Assembly: GCA_937895975.1 (NCBI GenBank) | Contig: CALBLG010000210.1 | Coordinates: 1 to 52,962 of the forward strand | DNA: 52,962 bases | Direction: 5' to 3' | From: an uncultured Slackia sp. | GTDB taxonomy: Bacteria; Actinomycetota; Coriobacteriia; Coriobacteriales; Eggerthellaceae | Shown: positions 28,793 to 38,088 of the stretch, one piece after another | Position numbering within the stretch: the first letter of the stretch is position 1 | How the letters are laid out: the number at the start of each line of letters is the position of its first letter | Position numbers and translations under genes: made by a program | The notes under the pieces: model-generated | Database searches by the model: none | The model's input: the letters and a program-made list of their open reading frames with translations, nothing else | What the model was told of the DNA's origin: nothing

Positions 28793-29296
28793 TTAGTAAT
28801 ATGAGTAGTACGAATGCGAGTACGTGGTTGCGGCGCATGCTGCCGCGCCAAACAGTATCGTGAACAGAACGATCGCCACGATTTCGGCCAAAAAGCCAAA
28901 CAGCGCGAACGTCACGGCCTCGCTTTTCGCCTGCGGGAAATTGCTCTGGTTCGTGAGCCACGCCAGCAGAATGGCGATGGGCCCCATGAAAAAGCCGCAT
29001 ACGGCCCAGCCGAATTTCATGCCGCCCGTAAGGTAGAGCAGCGGCATGCCGGGCATGTTCTGCGGACGCTGGGGCTGTTGCGGCGCACCGTAATACGGCG
29101 GCTGCTGCGGAGGCACGTGCTGGCCCGCCGCCTGCTGATGAGGAATTTGGGTACCTGCGGGCGGTACGGGCGCGCCTTGGGGCTGGGCGCCTGCGGCGCG
29201 ATTGGCGGGTTGCGAAGCCGCGGCGTACGGAGACGCGGGCGGCTGCGGCGCAGCGCCGGGCGTTGCCTGCGGGGAAGTTTTCTCGGGTTCGGTCAT
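28793..29296 (-). CDS. Hypothetical membrane protein, Pro/Gln-rich N-terminus, two TM helices
   Basis: ORF with GAGGA RBS and upstream TATAAT; hydrophobic C-terminal half; Tyr/Ser tail. Confidence 0.65.
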   Translation of the reverse strand: MTEPEKTSPQATPGAAPQPPASPYAAASQPANRAAGAQPQGAPVPPAGTQIPHQQAAGQHVPPQQPPYYGAPQQPQRPQNMPGMPLLYLTGGMKFGWAVCGFFMGPIAILLAWLTNQSNFPQAKSEAVTFALFGFLAEIVAIVLFTILFGAAACAATTYSHSYYSYY

Positions 29297-29425
29297 AGCA
29301 TCCTCGATTCTTGAGAGACTGGCCTTTCCGCCATTATACGCACGAATGCCGCCCAGACGCACCCAGGCGGCATTCGATTCGAATTCAAAAGAGGATGGTT
29401 ACCTAAACGTTGCCCGCAGACCAAC

Positions 29426-29456
29426 TTGGACCAGGGGAACGGCCCCCTTGGCCCAA
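29426..29456. repeat. REP-like palindrome related to 14871-14900
   Basis: Reverse complement reads TTGGGCCAAGGGGGCCGTTCCCCTGGTCCAA. Confidence 0.55.
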
Positions 29457-29464
29457 ACGCCTCC

Positions 29465-31015
29465 CTAGCTTTTCGCCTTGTAATCTTTGCCGATGATCAC
29501 CAGATAGGCGCCGTCGTAGGTATAGCTGCCATCGTTGACCGTGGGGGTGCCCACGCCCAATACGTTGGCTATGCTTTGCGCCACGCTGGCATCGGTGCCC
29601 TTGTCGTAGATGACGAGCGTCTTGCTGTAGTCGTACGAATCGGCGTCGCCCGTGGTGGTAATGTCGTAACCCCTGTTGGTAAGCGAGCTCGACGCCGATG
29701 CGGCCGCGCCCGACGTGCCGCTGCCGTTGCGCACTTCCACCTGCTCGCCGCTGCCGTTGTCCGACAGGCTCGACTCTTCGCCGTACAGCACCGACTGCGC
29801 AATGTATTCGCCGCTGATGGTGCCATCGGTCACGCCGCCGTTATTCTGCGAATCGGATTCGTCGGGCGTCGGCGACAACCCTTGGTCGATGCGCTTCATC
29901 ATGGCCGCCCAGGCTTCATTGTTGCTGTACTCATACCAGCCGCCGTCCTCGTACGACGATGTGGTGGGATTCATCGTGGAATAGATGTCGGTCGACGTAT
30001 CCATGCCGCACATCGACATGGCCACCGACGCTATGTCGGACACTTTCATATCGGTGGTCACGTAATCGCACAGCGACGTTACGGTGTTGGCCATGGTCGC
30101 GGGATCGGTTTCCAGAAGCTTCTTCGCGATGGCGCCAAGCACCATGCGCTGGTTTGCCGCGCGGTAGTAGTCGCCCGAGCCGTAGTCGTCGTAGGCATGG
30201 CGGCTGCGGCACAGGATGAGCGCCTGATCGCCATTCAGGGTTTGCAGGCCCGCATCCACGTGGCCGCCGGCCAGGTCGTCGTCAATGGTGATGGGCACAT
30301 CAACCTCCACGCCGCCCAACGCGTCGACGACCGCCTTGAAGCCGTCGAAATTGATTTCCGCGTAATGGGAAATGGGCACGCCCGCGAACTTCGACACGGT
30401 TTTCACCGCAAGCGCGGGGCCGCCGAACGTGTACGCGGCGTTGATCTTATTAACGCCGTAACCTTCGATGTCGACCAGCGTGTCGCGCTCGATCGAAACG
30501 AGCGTGACCTTCTTCTGGACGGGATCGATGCGCGCGAGCATCATCGAATCGCTGCGGTAGGTGTCGTCGGTTTCGCCGCTTTGTTCGCGCGCAGCCGATT
30601 TGTCGGTGCCCATGATTAGCATGTAGAACGGCTCTGAAAGCGATTTATCGGAAAGCACCGCACGCGTTTCGTCATCGACGCCGGCGCCCAATTTGCCGTT
30701 GAGCACACCCATGTACGCCAAAGCCGCCCCGCCGCCGACAAGCAGCACCGCCAGCAGCGCGCCCACCACGCCACCGATGATTTTGCGACGACGCTTCTTC
30801 GCGCGAATGCGCGAGTATTCCGCCTGCGTTGATTGGCGCGAATACGACGAAGACGGCGCACGGTTGCCCGTGTCGCCATACGCAGCGCGGGAATAGGAGC
30901 GCGCAACCGGCTGCTGGCGACGATCGGAACCGTCGCGCCGGCGAGGGGTATTCGAGCGCCGGGGCGGTTCTCCCGTTGGAAATGAGTCGAACGAGCTGCG
31001 TTTTCGAGAAGCCAT
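29465..31015 (-). CDS. LCP (LytR-CpsA-Psr) family protein with C-terminal LytR_C domain
   Basis: Single TM, 'RSDSMML', 'SIERDT', 'KINAAY', 'R..NQR'; 'VEVRNGSGTSGAA'. Confidence 0.9.
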   Translation of the reverse strand: MASRKRSSFDSFPTGEPPRRSNTPRRRDGSDRRQQPVARSYSRAAYGDTGNRAPSSSYSRQSTQAEYSRIRAKKRRRKIIGGVVGALLAVLLVGGGAALAYMGVLNGKLGAGVDDETRAVLSDKSLSEPFYMLIMGTDKSAAREQSGETDDTYRSDSMMLARIDPVQKKVTLVSIERDTLVDIEGYGVNKINAAYTFGGPALAVKTVSKFAGVPISHYAEINFDGFKAVVDALGGVEVDVPITIDDDLAGGHVDAGLQTLNGDQALILCRSRHAYDDYGSGDYYRAANQRMVLGAIAKKLLETDPATMANTVTSLCDYVTTDMKVSDIASVAMSMCGMDTSTDIYSTMNPTTSSYEDGGWYEYSNNEAWAAMMKRIDQGLSPTPDESDSQNNGGVTDGTISGEYIAQSVLYGEESSLSDNGSGEQVEVRNGSGTSGAAASASSSLTNRGYDITTTGDADSYDYSKTLVIYDKGTDASVAQSIANVLGVGTPTVNDGSYTYDGAYLVIIGKDYKAKS

Positions 31016-31153
31016 ATCTGCTCCTAGTTCTTTATGCGCCCAAGGGCGCCGCGCACGAAGGCGCACGTAAGCGAGACTTTATCGTATCAGGCGAGCCGCC
31101 CGCCCCACCGCGCAATTCGGCAAATTACACAGCGCTGAAAGGCGCCTGAAAGA

Positions 31154-31190
31154 AAATGGGACACCCGCCTCAGGGGCAAATGTCCCATTT
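31154..31190 (+). repeat. 37-bp palindrome, copy 1
   Basis: AAATGGGACA-CCC-GCCTCAGGGGC-AAA-TGTCCCATTT; inverted copy at 34840-34876. Confidence 0.75.
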
Positions 31191-31203
31191 CCAGCGAAAG
31201 CCT

Positions 31204-31272
31204 CTCCCCCATTATCGGGTATATTCGCTTAAAACCCCAGGTACATGGCGAATATACCCAACTGTGGGCGAT
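31204..31272 (+). promoter_or_regulatory. Pair of imperfect palindromic boxes upstream of the reductase (candidate LuxR operators)
   Basis: CTCCCCCATTATCGGGTAT (31204-31222) and ATACCCAACTGTGGGCGAT (31254-31272), overlapping a 12-bp inverted repeat gggtatattcgc/gcgaatataccc. Confidence 0.4.
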
Positions 31273-31358
31273 GAATGCGCAGCAGGCAGCTGTTTGAATG
31301 AGCGGTGTCGCGCCAAGCGAGGGACTTGGCCGCATACCAACTTATCAGGAGGGACATC

Positions 31359-33065
31359 ATGGAGAAGAACCTTTCCCGTCGCGGATTTTTGACGGGCAGT
31401 GCCGCCGCGGGCGCCCTGGCCGCGCTGGGACTTGCGGGCTGCTCGCCCGCGAAGACGGACACAAGCGCGTCTAACTCGTCCAAAAATGCAAAGCAGGCAA
31501 CCAGCTGGCGCGATAAGCCCGAAATGCCCAGCATCGATGAGACCGTCGACGTCGACATCGTCGTCGTGGGCGGCGGCAACGGCGGCATTGTCGCCGCGAC
31601 CACGGCGGCGCAAAACGGCGCGAAAACCGTCGTTTTGGAGAAAGCCGGCCAGGTGGCCATGGCCCGCGAGGCTATCGGCGCGTTGAACGCCGAAGCCGAC
31701 CATCAGGAAGACGTGCCCACGCTCTTGAACCACGCAAATCAAGTCGAGAGCGGCGACGCCAACATGCTTATGTACAAAACCTGGGCTGAAAAATCGGGCG
31801 AGATGATCACCTGGATGAAGGAAACCCTGGAGCCCAAGGGCATGTGCTTCCCGTTCGAATGGCACGCCCCCAGCGACCCGCACGCATACTACCCCGCCAT
31901 GTGCTACAACCCCATCATGGGCGAATACAACCCCGACGGCCCGAACTATGGCGCTTACGCCCATCTTGAAGTGCTGGCCGACGTATTCACGAACGATTTG
32001 GGCGGAGAGATTCGCTTCAATACCACCGCGCAGCAGCTGATTCAAGACGAATCGGGCAAGGTGACAGGCGTTGTGGCGCTCGACCAAGACGGAAAGGCGA
32101 TCCAGTTCAATGCCGCCAAGGGCGTTATCGTGTGCACCGGCGGCTACGGCGCCAACACCGAGATGCTCGACGAGCTTGCGCCCGGCAACACCAAATGGTG
32201 CGGCCTGACAAGCGCCACCACCGAAACCGGCGACGGAATCAAAATGGCGCTGTGGGCCGGCGCGCAACTCGAGGCGGGCGGCGCGGCCATGATTTGGAAT
32301 CGCGCAATTCTGCCCGACGGGTTCGAGTTCAACGACGATCGCATGGGCGGCGACATCTTCCTGCCCGGAAGCCAGCCGTTCCTGCATGTGAACATCAATG
32401 GCGAGCGATTCATGAACGAAGACCAGTGCTACCCGATGAGCTATGCCGCCGGCGCAAACCAGCCGGGCCACTATTCCTGGATCGTGTGGGATGGCGACTA
32501 TTGGGAAGATATCCAGAAGTTCGACACCGGCGGATGCTCGCGCCTCGTTCCCGCGCCTTCGGGCACGGCGTTCAATGCCGACGTGTATGACTGCGAGCAA
32601 ATCACCAAAGAGCACCTCGATAGCTTCTGGCTGCAGCCACGCCTGGAAAACGGCTCCTTGAAGAAGGCCGACACCCTTGACGAGCTGGCAAAGGCCATGG
32701 GCTTCGACGCCGACCAAACCGCCACGTTCAAGCAGACTATCGCTCACTACAACGAGCTCGCCGATGCAGGGGTCGACACCGATTTTGGCAAACCGGCGTA
32801 CCGTTTGTCCGACGTGAAAACCGCGCCTTTCTATGCAGCGCGCATCGCTGGCGCACTGCTGGTGACGATTCACGGCGTGATTACCGACGTAAACAGCCAG
32901 CCGCTTCGCGAAGACGGAACGGTTATCGACGGCCTGTACGTGTGCGGCAACGATCAAGGCGGCTTCTATCCGCATAACTACCCCAGCAACTTCACCGGCA
33001 TCAACGCGGGCCGCACGGCGACCTTCGCCCGCATCGCCGCCAAACATGCGCTGGGCGTAAAGTAA
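31359..33065 (+). CDS. Tat-exported FAD-dependent oxidoreductase lipoprotein (flavocytochrome c/fumarate reductase flavoprotein superfamily)
   Basis: SRRGFL signal, LAGC lipobox, 'VVVGGGNGG', 'CTGGY', 'TGDG', 'GERFMNE', 'IDGLYVCGN'. Confidence 0.88.
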   Translation: MEKNLSRRGFLTGSAAAGALAALGLAGCSPAKTDTSASNSSKNAKQATSWRDKPEMPSIDETVDVDIVVVGGGNGGIVAATTAAQNGAKTVVLEKAGQVAMAREAIGALNAEADHQEDVPTLLNHANQVESGDANMLMYKTWAEKSGEMITWMKETLEPKGMCFPFEWHAPSDPHAYYPAMCYNPIMGEYNPDGPNYGAYAHLEVLADVFTNDLGGEIRFNTTAQQLIQDESGKVTGVVALDQDGKAIQFNAAKGVIVCTGGYGANTEMLDELAPGNTKWCGLTSATTETGDGIKMALWAGAQLEAGGAAMIWNRAILPDGFEFNDDRMGGDIFLPGSQPFLHVNINGERFMNEDQCYPMSYAAGANQPGHYSWIVWDGDYWEDIQKFDTGGCSRLVPAPSGTAFNADVYDCEQITKEHLDSFWLQPRLENGSLKKADTLDELAKAMGFDADQTATFKQTIAHYNELADAGVDTDFGKPAYRLSDVKTAPFYAARIAGALLVTIHGVITDVNSQPLREDGTVIDGLYVCGNDQGGFYPHNYPSNFTGINAGRTATFARIAAKHALGVK

Positions 33066-33112
33066 GCACCAATTCCCCTTCCGGCCAACCCCTCCCTACG
33101 GCCTGGCATAAG

Positions 33113-33151
33113 AAAGGCTCTCGCGACCGATAAAGCGCGAGAGCCTTTTTT
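33113..33151. terminator. Terminator between the convergent reductase and LuxR genes
   Basis: aaaggctctcgcg ... cgcgagagcctttttt. Confidence 0.75.
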
Positions 33152-33216
33152 CATGAACGATTTCAAAATCGCCAAAGCGAGCCCGTCGAGTGTCAAGCCG
33201 CAATCGAGCGCACAGC

Positions 33217-34788
33217 CTATCGCACCAAATCGATGAGCTCTTGACGGCTGTGCACGCCGAGCTTGCTATAAATATGCTTCGTATGCGTCGCAGCAGTTTC
33301 GCGCGAGATCACCAGTTCGTCGCGAATATACGGAACCGAGCGGCCGCGAGCGAGCAAGCCAAACACTTCCACCTCGCGCGGCGTAAGCCTCGCTTCCCCG
33401 GCAAGTTGGGCAATGCGGGCATCGAGGGCCGCTTCAGGGTCAATTGCCGCGCTTTGCGCGATGTCGAGGGTTTCATCGCATGCGGCATTATCGGCACCGC
33501 GCTCTTCAACGCGACTCGCGCGTTGGTCTCCCTCGCTTTGCTGCGATCGAAAGCTGTGGCCATCGTTGAGCACGAACATGACCGACACCACAAGCGCAGC
33601 CATGGCGCACGCGGATACTTGGTCGAGAGAAAACGCGCCCGCCGCCACGCCAGACCGCGCGAACGCAACGATGAATACGCCCACCATGTCGCCCAAATGC
33701 ACCGATATCCAGCCCAAGCCATACGCCTGCACGGGCGACGCAAGCCCGCGCACCGCGAAACGCGCGAAATGCATCTGGGTAATAAGGCAGAATGCGAAGC
33801 GGGCGGCAATCGCAACCATATAGGCCACGAAGAGCCCGCATTCGGGACCAAGAACGATGATGCACGCATACCCAATAACAAGAATGGGGCACATCCACCG
33901 ATACAGGAAAGCGAGAGACACGCGGCGCGGCCCAGAAATGGCCGTGAAACCGACCAGCACCATGAACACGAGCGAGGCCACGAACGAGATTTGCACATTT
34001 TCGGCGGCATCGGCCCCGTCGAACAAGGCGCCTTCAACGCAAATAATCGCGCACGCCACAAAAATGCCGAAGCAAGGACGCGCCATAACGCCGAATGCGC
34101 TGCGCAAAGGCGGCTTCGCGCAATTCGACGACGCAGAAAGCTCATCCCCGGGCTTGCCGAATTCCGAAGAAATCTGACCATTTTCGGCATCGCGCCATGC
34201 AAAGAACAGGCATGCGCCCGATGCGGCGGGCAGAAGCGACACGGCGACGATGGGAACCACGCCCGACATGGATGCAACCACCAGCCCAATAAGCGCCGCG
34301 ACAAACGCCGAGGCCGGCGCAAGGAATTCGGCGTCTTCTTGCGAAACGCGCGCGTAGTATTCTCCCCACATTATCCAAAGGAGCCCGCTGCCGAAGCCCG
34401 TCGCAAACGCCCCAAGAATATACAACACGGCCGACAAAGCGCCATCCGCAGGGTTCGCAAGCAAAAGCGGCGTAGAAAGACTGGCAGCGATTGATGCAGC
34501 GGCAAACATCCCCCGGCAATGAATTGGCGAGCCAAAACGCCGCTCAAGCGCCACGACGGCCACCAACGTAACAACCGAAGCCGCAACGGGGCATGTGGAA
34601 TACAGCATGCCTTGGGCATCAGACGGCGTAAACGACGACGCGCCAGTGCCGCCAAGCGCGCTGGTGTAGAAGACGCAAAACACCCAGGCTAGTAAAAATG
34701 CCCAGCCCAAACGGCTTAGCGACACGGCGCGAAGCCCCTCAGCTAGAAAATCAGAAATATGGCTCATCGATGCATTCATACCACTCAT
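33217..34788 (-). CDS. Multi-pass membrane LuxR-family transcriptional regulator
   Basis: About 12 hydrophobic segments then 'LTPREVEVFGLLARGRS..I..EL.IS..T..TH..HIYSKLGVHSRQEL'; start uncertain (34788, 34779 or 34767). Confidence 0.88.
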   Translation of the reverse strand: MSGMNASMSHISDFLAEGLRAVSLSRLGWAFLLAWVFCVFYTSALGGTGASSFTPSDAQGMLYSTCPVAASVVTLVAVVALERRFGSPIHCRGMFAAASIAASLSTPLLLANPADGALSAVLYILGAFATGFGSGLLWIMWGEYYARVSQEDAEFLAPASAFVAALIGLVVASMSGVVPIVAVSLLPAASGACLFFAWRDAENGQISSEFGKPGDELSASSNCAKPPLRSAFGVMARPCFGIFVACAIICVEGALFDGADAAENVQISFVASLVFMVLVGFTAISGPRRVSLAFLYRWMCPILVIGYACIIVLGPECGLFVAYMVAIAARFAFCLITQMHFARFAVRGLASPVQAYGLGWISVHLGDMVGVFIVAFARSGVAAGAFSLDQVSACAMAALVVSVMFVLNDGHSFRSQQSEGDQRASRVEERGADNAACDETLDIAQSAAIDPEAALDARIAQLAGEARLTPREVEVFGLLARGRSVPYIRDELVISRETAATHTKHIYSKLGVHSRQELIDLVR

Positions 34789-34839
34789 TATGCCTGAACA
34801 TTGAGCCGATTGCGACCGGCCCAATGTCGCCCGTGCCCG

Positions 34840-34876
34840 AAATGGGACAATCGCCCCTGAGGCAATTGTCCCATTT
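34840..34876 (-). repeat. 37-bp palindrome, copy 2 (inverted relative to copy 1)
   Basis: Reverse complement AAATGGGACA-ATT-GCCTCAGGGGC-GAT-TGTCCCATTT, 32/37 identical to copy 1. Confidence 0.75.
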
Positions 34877-34880
34877 CACG

Positions 34881-36410
34881 TTAATATGCATATGAAGAGT
34901 TCGATGCGCCCGAGGCCGATTCGCTATAGCCCGTCGACCCTGCGGAATATCCCTGGTCGTAGCTGTTCGAATATCCGGACGAACCTCCGCTGTACGCCGA
35001 GCTGTCGCCGTACGTCGAGCCGGCGCTTGAGGTGGAACCGTAGCCCGAATCGTAGCCTGCGCTTGAGCCACCCGATGCCGTGCCGTTTCCATAACCCGAA
35101 TGCGTGGAATATGCGCTGGAATCGTCGTATGAGTTGTACGAGTTGCTATACGCCTCGTACGAGCCGCTCGACCCACTCGAACCCGATAGCAGGCCGCCCG
35201 TTTCTTGGTTGCCCGTCACAGTGCCATCGAGCGTGCCGCCCGTGTTCGCGTTGCGACTTTCATCCTCGTACGGCGGCAAGCCGGCATCGACGCGCTCCAT
35301 CATTTTGCGCCACGCGTCATTGTCGCTGTACTCATACCAAATATCGTTCTCGTACGACGAATACGTGGGGTTCATCGCTGACCAAATATCGTTTTCGGTA
35401 TCGATGCCGCGCATATCGGTGGCGACCGATATGATGTCGGACACTTCCATATCGGTGGTGATGTAGTCGGCCATGGCGTTCAACGTGTTCGTCATGGTAA
35501 CCACATCGGACGACATGATCTTCTTGGCGATAGCGCCCAGCACCAGGCGCTGATTGGCCATGCGGTAGTAGTCGCCCGAGCCGTAGTCGTCGTAGGCGTG
35601 ACGGCTGCGGCACAGGATGAGCGCCTGGTCGCCGTTGAGCGTTTGCAGGCCCGCGTCCACGTGACCGCCGGCCAGGTCGTCGTCGATGGTCATGGGCACA
35701 TCCACCTCGATGCCGCCCAAACCGTCAACAGCGGCCTTGAAGCCGTCAAAGTCGACCGACACGTAATGCGAGATGGGCACGCCCGCGAATTTCGAAATGG
35801 TGCTCACGACCAGCGGAGCACCGCCCAGAGCCGCCGACGCATTCAGCTTGTTGGGGCCGTAGCCCTCGATATCGACATAAGTGTCGCGTTCGATGGACAC
35901 AAGCGCCACGGTTTTGTTCGTGGGGTCGATACGCGCGAGGATCATTGAGTCGCTTCGGAAGTTGTCGCCCGCGAATTCTGCGCTTTCGGCGCGTTCCTCG
36001 GAACGGTCGGTACCCATGATCAGGCAATAGAACGGCTCGCCCGGCTGCACCGCCTCGCTCGACAGGGATGCCTTCAATTCGTCAGTCACATCTTCGTGCA
36101 GCTTGTCGCCGATGGAATTCATGTACACGACGCCCGCGAAAGCGGCACCACCAACCAGCAGCACCAGCACGATTGCGACAATGAGCGCGATAATCGGACC
36201 CTTGCGGCGCTTTTTCGGCGGCTGATACGAGTTACGGGAGTAAGGGTTTGCCGCGCCCGAAGGGCTCGCGCCCGCCGATGTATGCACCTGATGCGTAGCC
36301 TGGTGGGCAGACCGAGCGTAATTGGAATGAGTAATGGTAACGGGAACCATTCCCTGCTGAGGAGCGGCGTTACCTTGGTTTTTGTGTCTGTTATTTTTCA
36401 TGCGGAGCAT
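34881..36410 (-). CDS. LCP family protein with Ser/Tyr/Gly-rich C-terminal tail
   Basis: Single TM, 'RSDSMIL', 'SIERDT', 'R..NQR'; paralog of 29465-31015. Confidence 0.9.
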   Translation of the reverse strand: MLRMKNNRHKNQGNAAPQQGMVPVTITHSNYARSAHQATHQVHTSAGASPSGAANPYSRNSYQPPKKRRKGPIIALIVAIVLVLLVGGAAFAGVVYMNSIGDKLHEDVTDELKASLSSEAVQPGEPFYCLIMGTDRSEERAESAEFAGDNFRSDSMILARIDPTNKTVALVSIERDTYVDIEGYGPNKLNASAALGGAPLVVSTISKFAGVPISHYVSVDFDGFKAAVDGLGGIEVDVPMTIDDDLAGGHVDAGLQTLNGDQALILCRSRHAYDDYGSGDYYRMANQRLVLGAIAKKIMSSDVVTMTNTLNAMADYITTDMEVSDIISVATDMRGIDTENDIWSAMNPTYSSYENDIWYEYSDNDAWRKMMERVDAGLPPYEDESRNANTGGTLDGTVTGNQETGGLLSGSSGSSGSYEAYSNSYNSYDDSSAYSTHSGYGNGTASGGSSAGYDSGYGSTSSAGSTYGDSSAYSGGSSGYSNSYDQGYSAGSTGYSESASGASNSSYAY

Positions 36411-36610
36411 TATCCCCTGTTTACGGCCGCAAATCGAAAACAACATGCAAGCATTCGAAACCTTAACACAAGATGACAACGCGTTTCGCGCTTGACGCAA
36501 GGGCGGAACGCCCCCGAATAGCGCAACGCGGTTGTCCTCGCATTGGTCGGTGCGCTAGACTGAACCCACGCAATCACACCACCGAACAATCCGCGCTCAA
36601 AGGACCCGAT

Positions 36611-38008
36611 GTGCCACAGCAGGGCTTGCACAATACCAAAAGCGGCCAGCCGCAGCGGCCATCGGTGCGGCAGCAAGGCCATTTTCGCATGGCGAACCCC
36701 TCTGGTTCAGAGAGGCATGACGCGCGCCATGGCGTTACTCCGCAACAAGCACGCGCGCAAGAGCACGCGCCCCGGCCGCGTACAGCATCGAACACCCCGC
36801 GCATGTCTCGCGCTGCTGCGCAGGCCCTGCGCAGCAAACACAAGCGTCGCTCGGCAAAGCTTCCCCTTGCGCTTGGCCTGGGGATTATCGTTGTGGCCGC
36901 AGCCGCATTCGGCCTTATGCAATGGCAAACCGCCACGCCCATTTCCGCAACCGTCAACGGGCAAAGCATCGAACTCACACGAAACGCCACAGTGCACAAT
37001 GCATTCGAGGCGTCAGGGTCGCCCGCGACGCCCGGGAACCTGCTCGACATCAACGGCGATGTGCTCCAAGAAGGCGGGGGAACCGCTTACACCGCGACGC
37101 TCAACGGCACCGTACTCGACGCCGCAAGCGCGGACGAAACAAAAATCGATGGCGGAGCCACGCTTGAGTTCGCAAACGGCTCCGACGTTGAAGAGCCTTC
37201 GACGACCGCCGAAGGCCAGCCCATCCCCCACCCCGTAAACGACCAAGGCAACGGATCGTTCCATATCATGGAACAGGCGGGGCAAGACGGCATCGGCACC
37301 ATACGCACAGGCAGCATATCTGGAAAGCAGCAGGTTATAAGCGTTGAGCAAGAACCGGTAGCTGCCGTGTATTCCCGATGCTACGCCGATGTGGCGGGCG
37401 AAAAGGTAGTCGCGCTCACTTTCGACGACGGGCCCTGGGAGCATACCAACGAGGTGCTCGATATTTTGCGCGACAACGGCGTCAAAGCCACGTTTTTCGT
37501 CGTGGGCAACCGCATATCGGGCGACGGCGTCGCAATCGTGAAGCGCGAAGCCGAAGAAGGCCATCAGGTAGCGACGCACACGTTCGACCACGCAGCCGGC
37601 AACGGGCAAAGCGTGAACTTGTCGTATATGACGCGCGACGAGCAACGCGACGAAATTTCGAAGGGCCTCCAGGCCATCGAAGACGCGACCGGCATCGTGC
37701 CGAGCCGCGTGATGCGCGCGCCTGGCGGAAATTTTCCCACCGAAGTGTGGCGCAATGTCGAAGATCTGATAGATGCCGATATTCGATGGGACGTCGACAC
37801 GCTCGACTGGGAAAAGCCCGGCGCCGGCGCCATTGAAGGCAAGCTGCTCAGCGTAACGCCCGGCGACATTGTGCTTATGCACGACGGCGGCGGCGACCGC
37901 AGCCAAACCGTCGCGGCCTTGAAAAGCGCACTGCCCAAACTTAAGGCCGCCGGCTGGAAGTTTGTAACCATCGACGAGCTGCTGAAATACCCCAAGAAAG
38001 CGTCGTAG
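36611..38008 (+). CDS. Membrane-anchored polysaccharide (peptidoglycan GlcNAc) deacetylase, CE4
   Basis: 'ALTFDDGP', 'ATFF', 'HTFDH', 'RAPGG', 'DW', 'LMHDGGG'; GTG 36611 after AAGGA (start uncertain). Confidence 0.87.
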   Translation: MPQQGLHNTKSGQPQRPSVRQQGHFRMANPSGSERHDARHGVTPQQARAQEHAPRPRTASNTPRMSRAAAQALRSKHKRRSAKLPLALGLGIIVVAAAAFGLMQWQTATPISATVNGQSIELTRNATVHNAFEASGSPATPGNLLDINGDVLQEGGGTAYTATLNGTVLDAASADETKIDGGATLEFANGSDVEEPSTTAEGQPIPHPVNDQGNGSFHIMEQAGQDGIGTIRTGSISGKQQVISVEQEPVAAVYSRCYADVAGEKVVALTFDDGPWEHTNEVLDILRDNGVKATFFVVGNRISGDGVAIVKREAEEGHQVATHTFDHAAGNGQSVNLSYMTRDEQRDEISKGLQAIEDATGIVPSRVMRAPGGNFPTEVWRNVEDLIDADIRWDVDTLDWEKPGAGAIEGKLLSVTPGDIVLMHDGGGDRSQTVAALKSALPKLKAAGWKFVTIDELLKYPKKAS

Positions 38009-38039
38009 AGCAAACTGTCCAAATTTCTTGCGCGGCACG

Positions 38040-38065
38040 AAAAAGGGAGCCCGAAGGCTCCCTTT
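38040..38065. terminator. Bidirectional terminator between the deacetylase gene and ilvC
   Basis: aaaaagggagcc-cgaa-ggctcccttt. Confidence 0.75.
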
Positions 38066-38088
38066 CGATACCAGGTTGCGAGCGTAAT

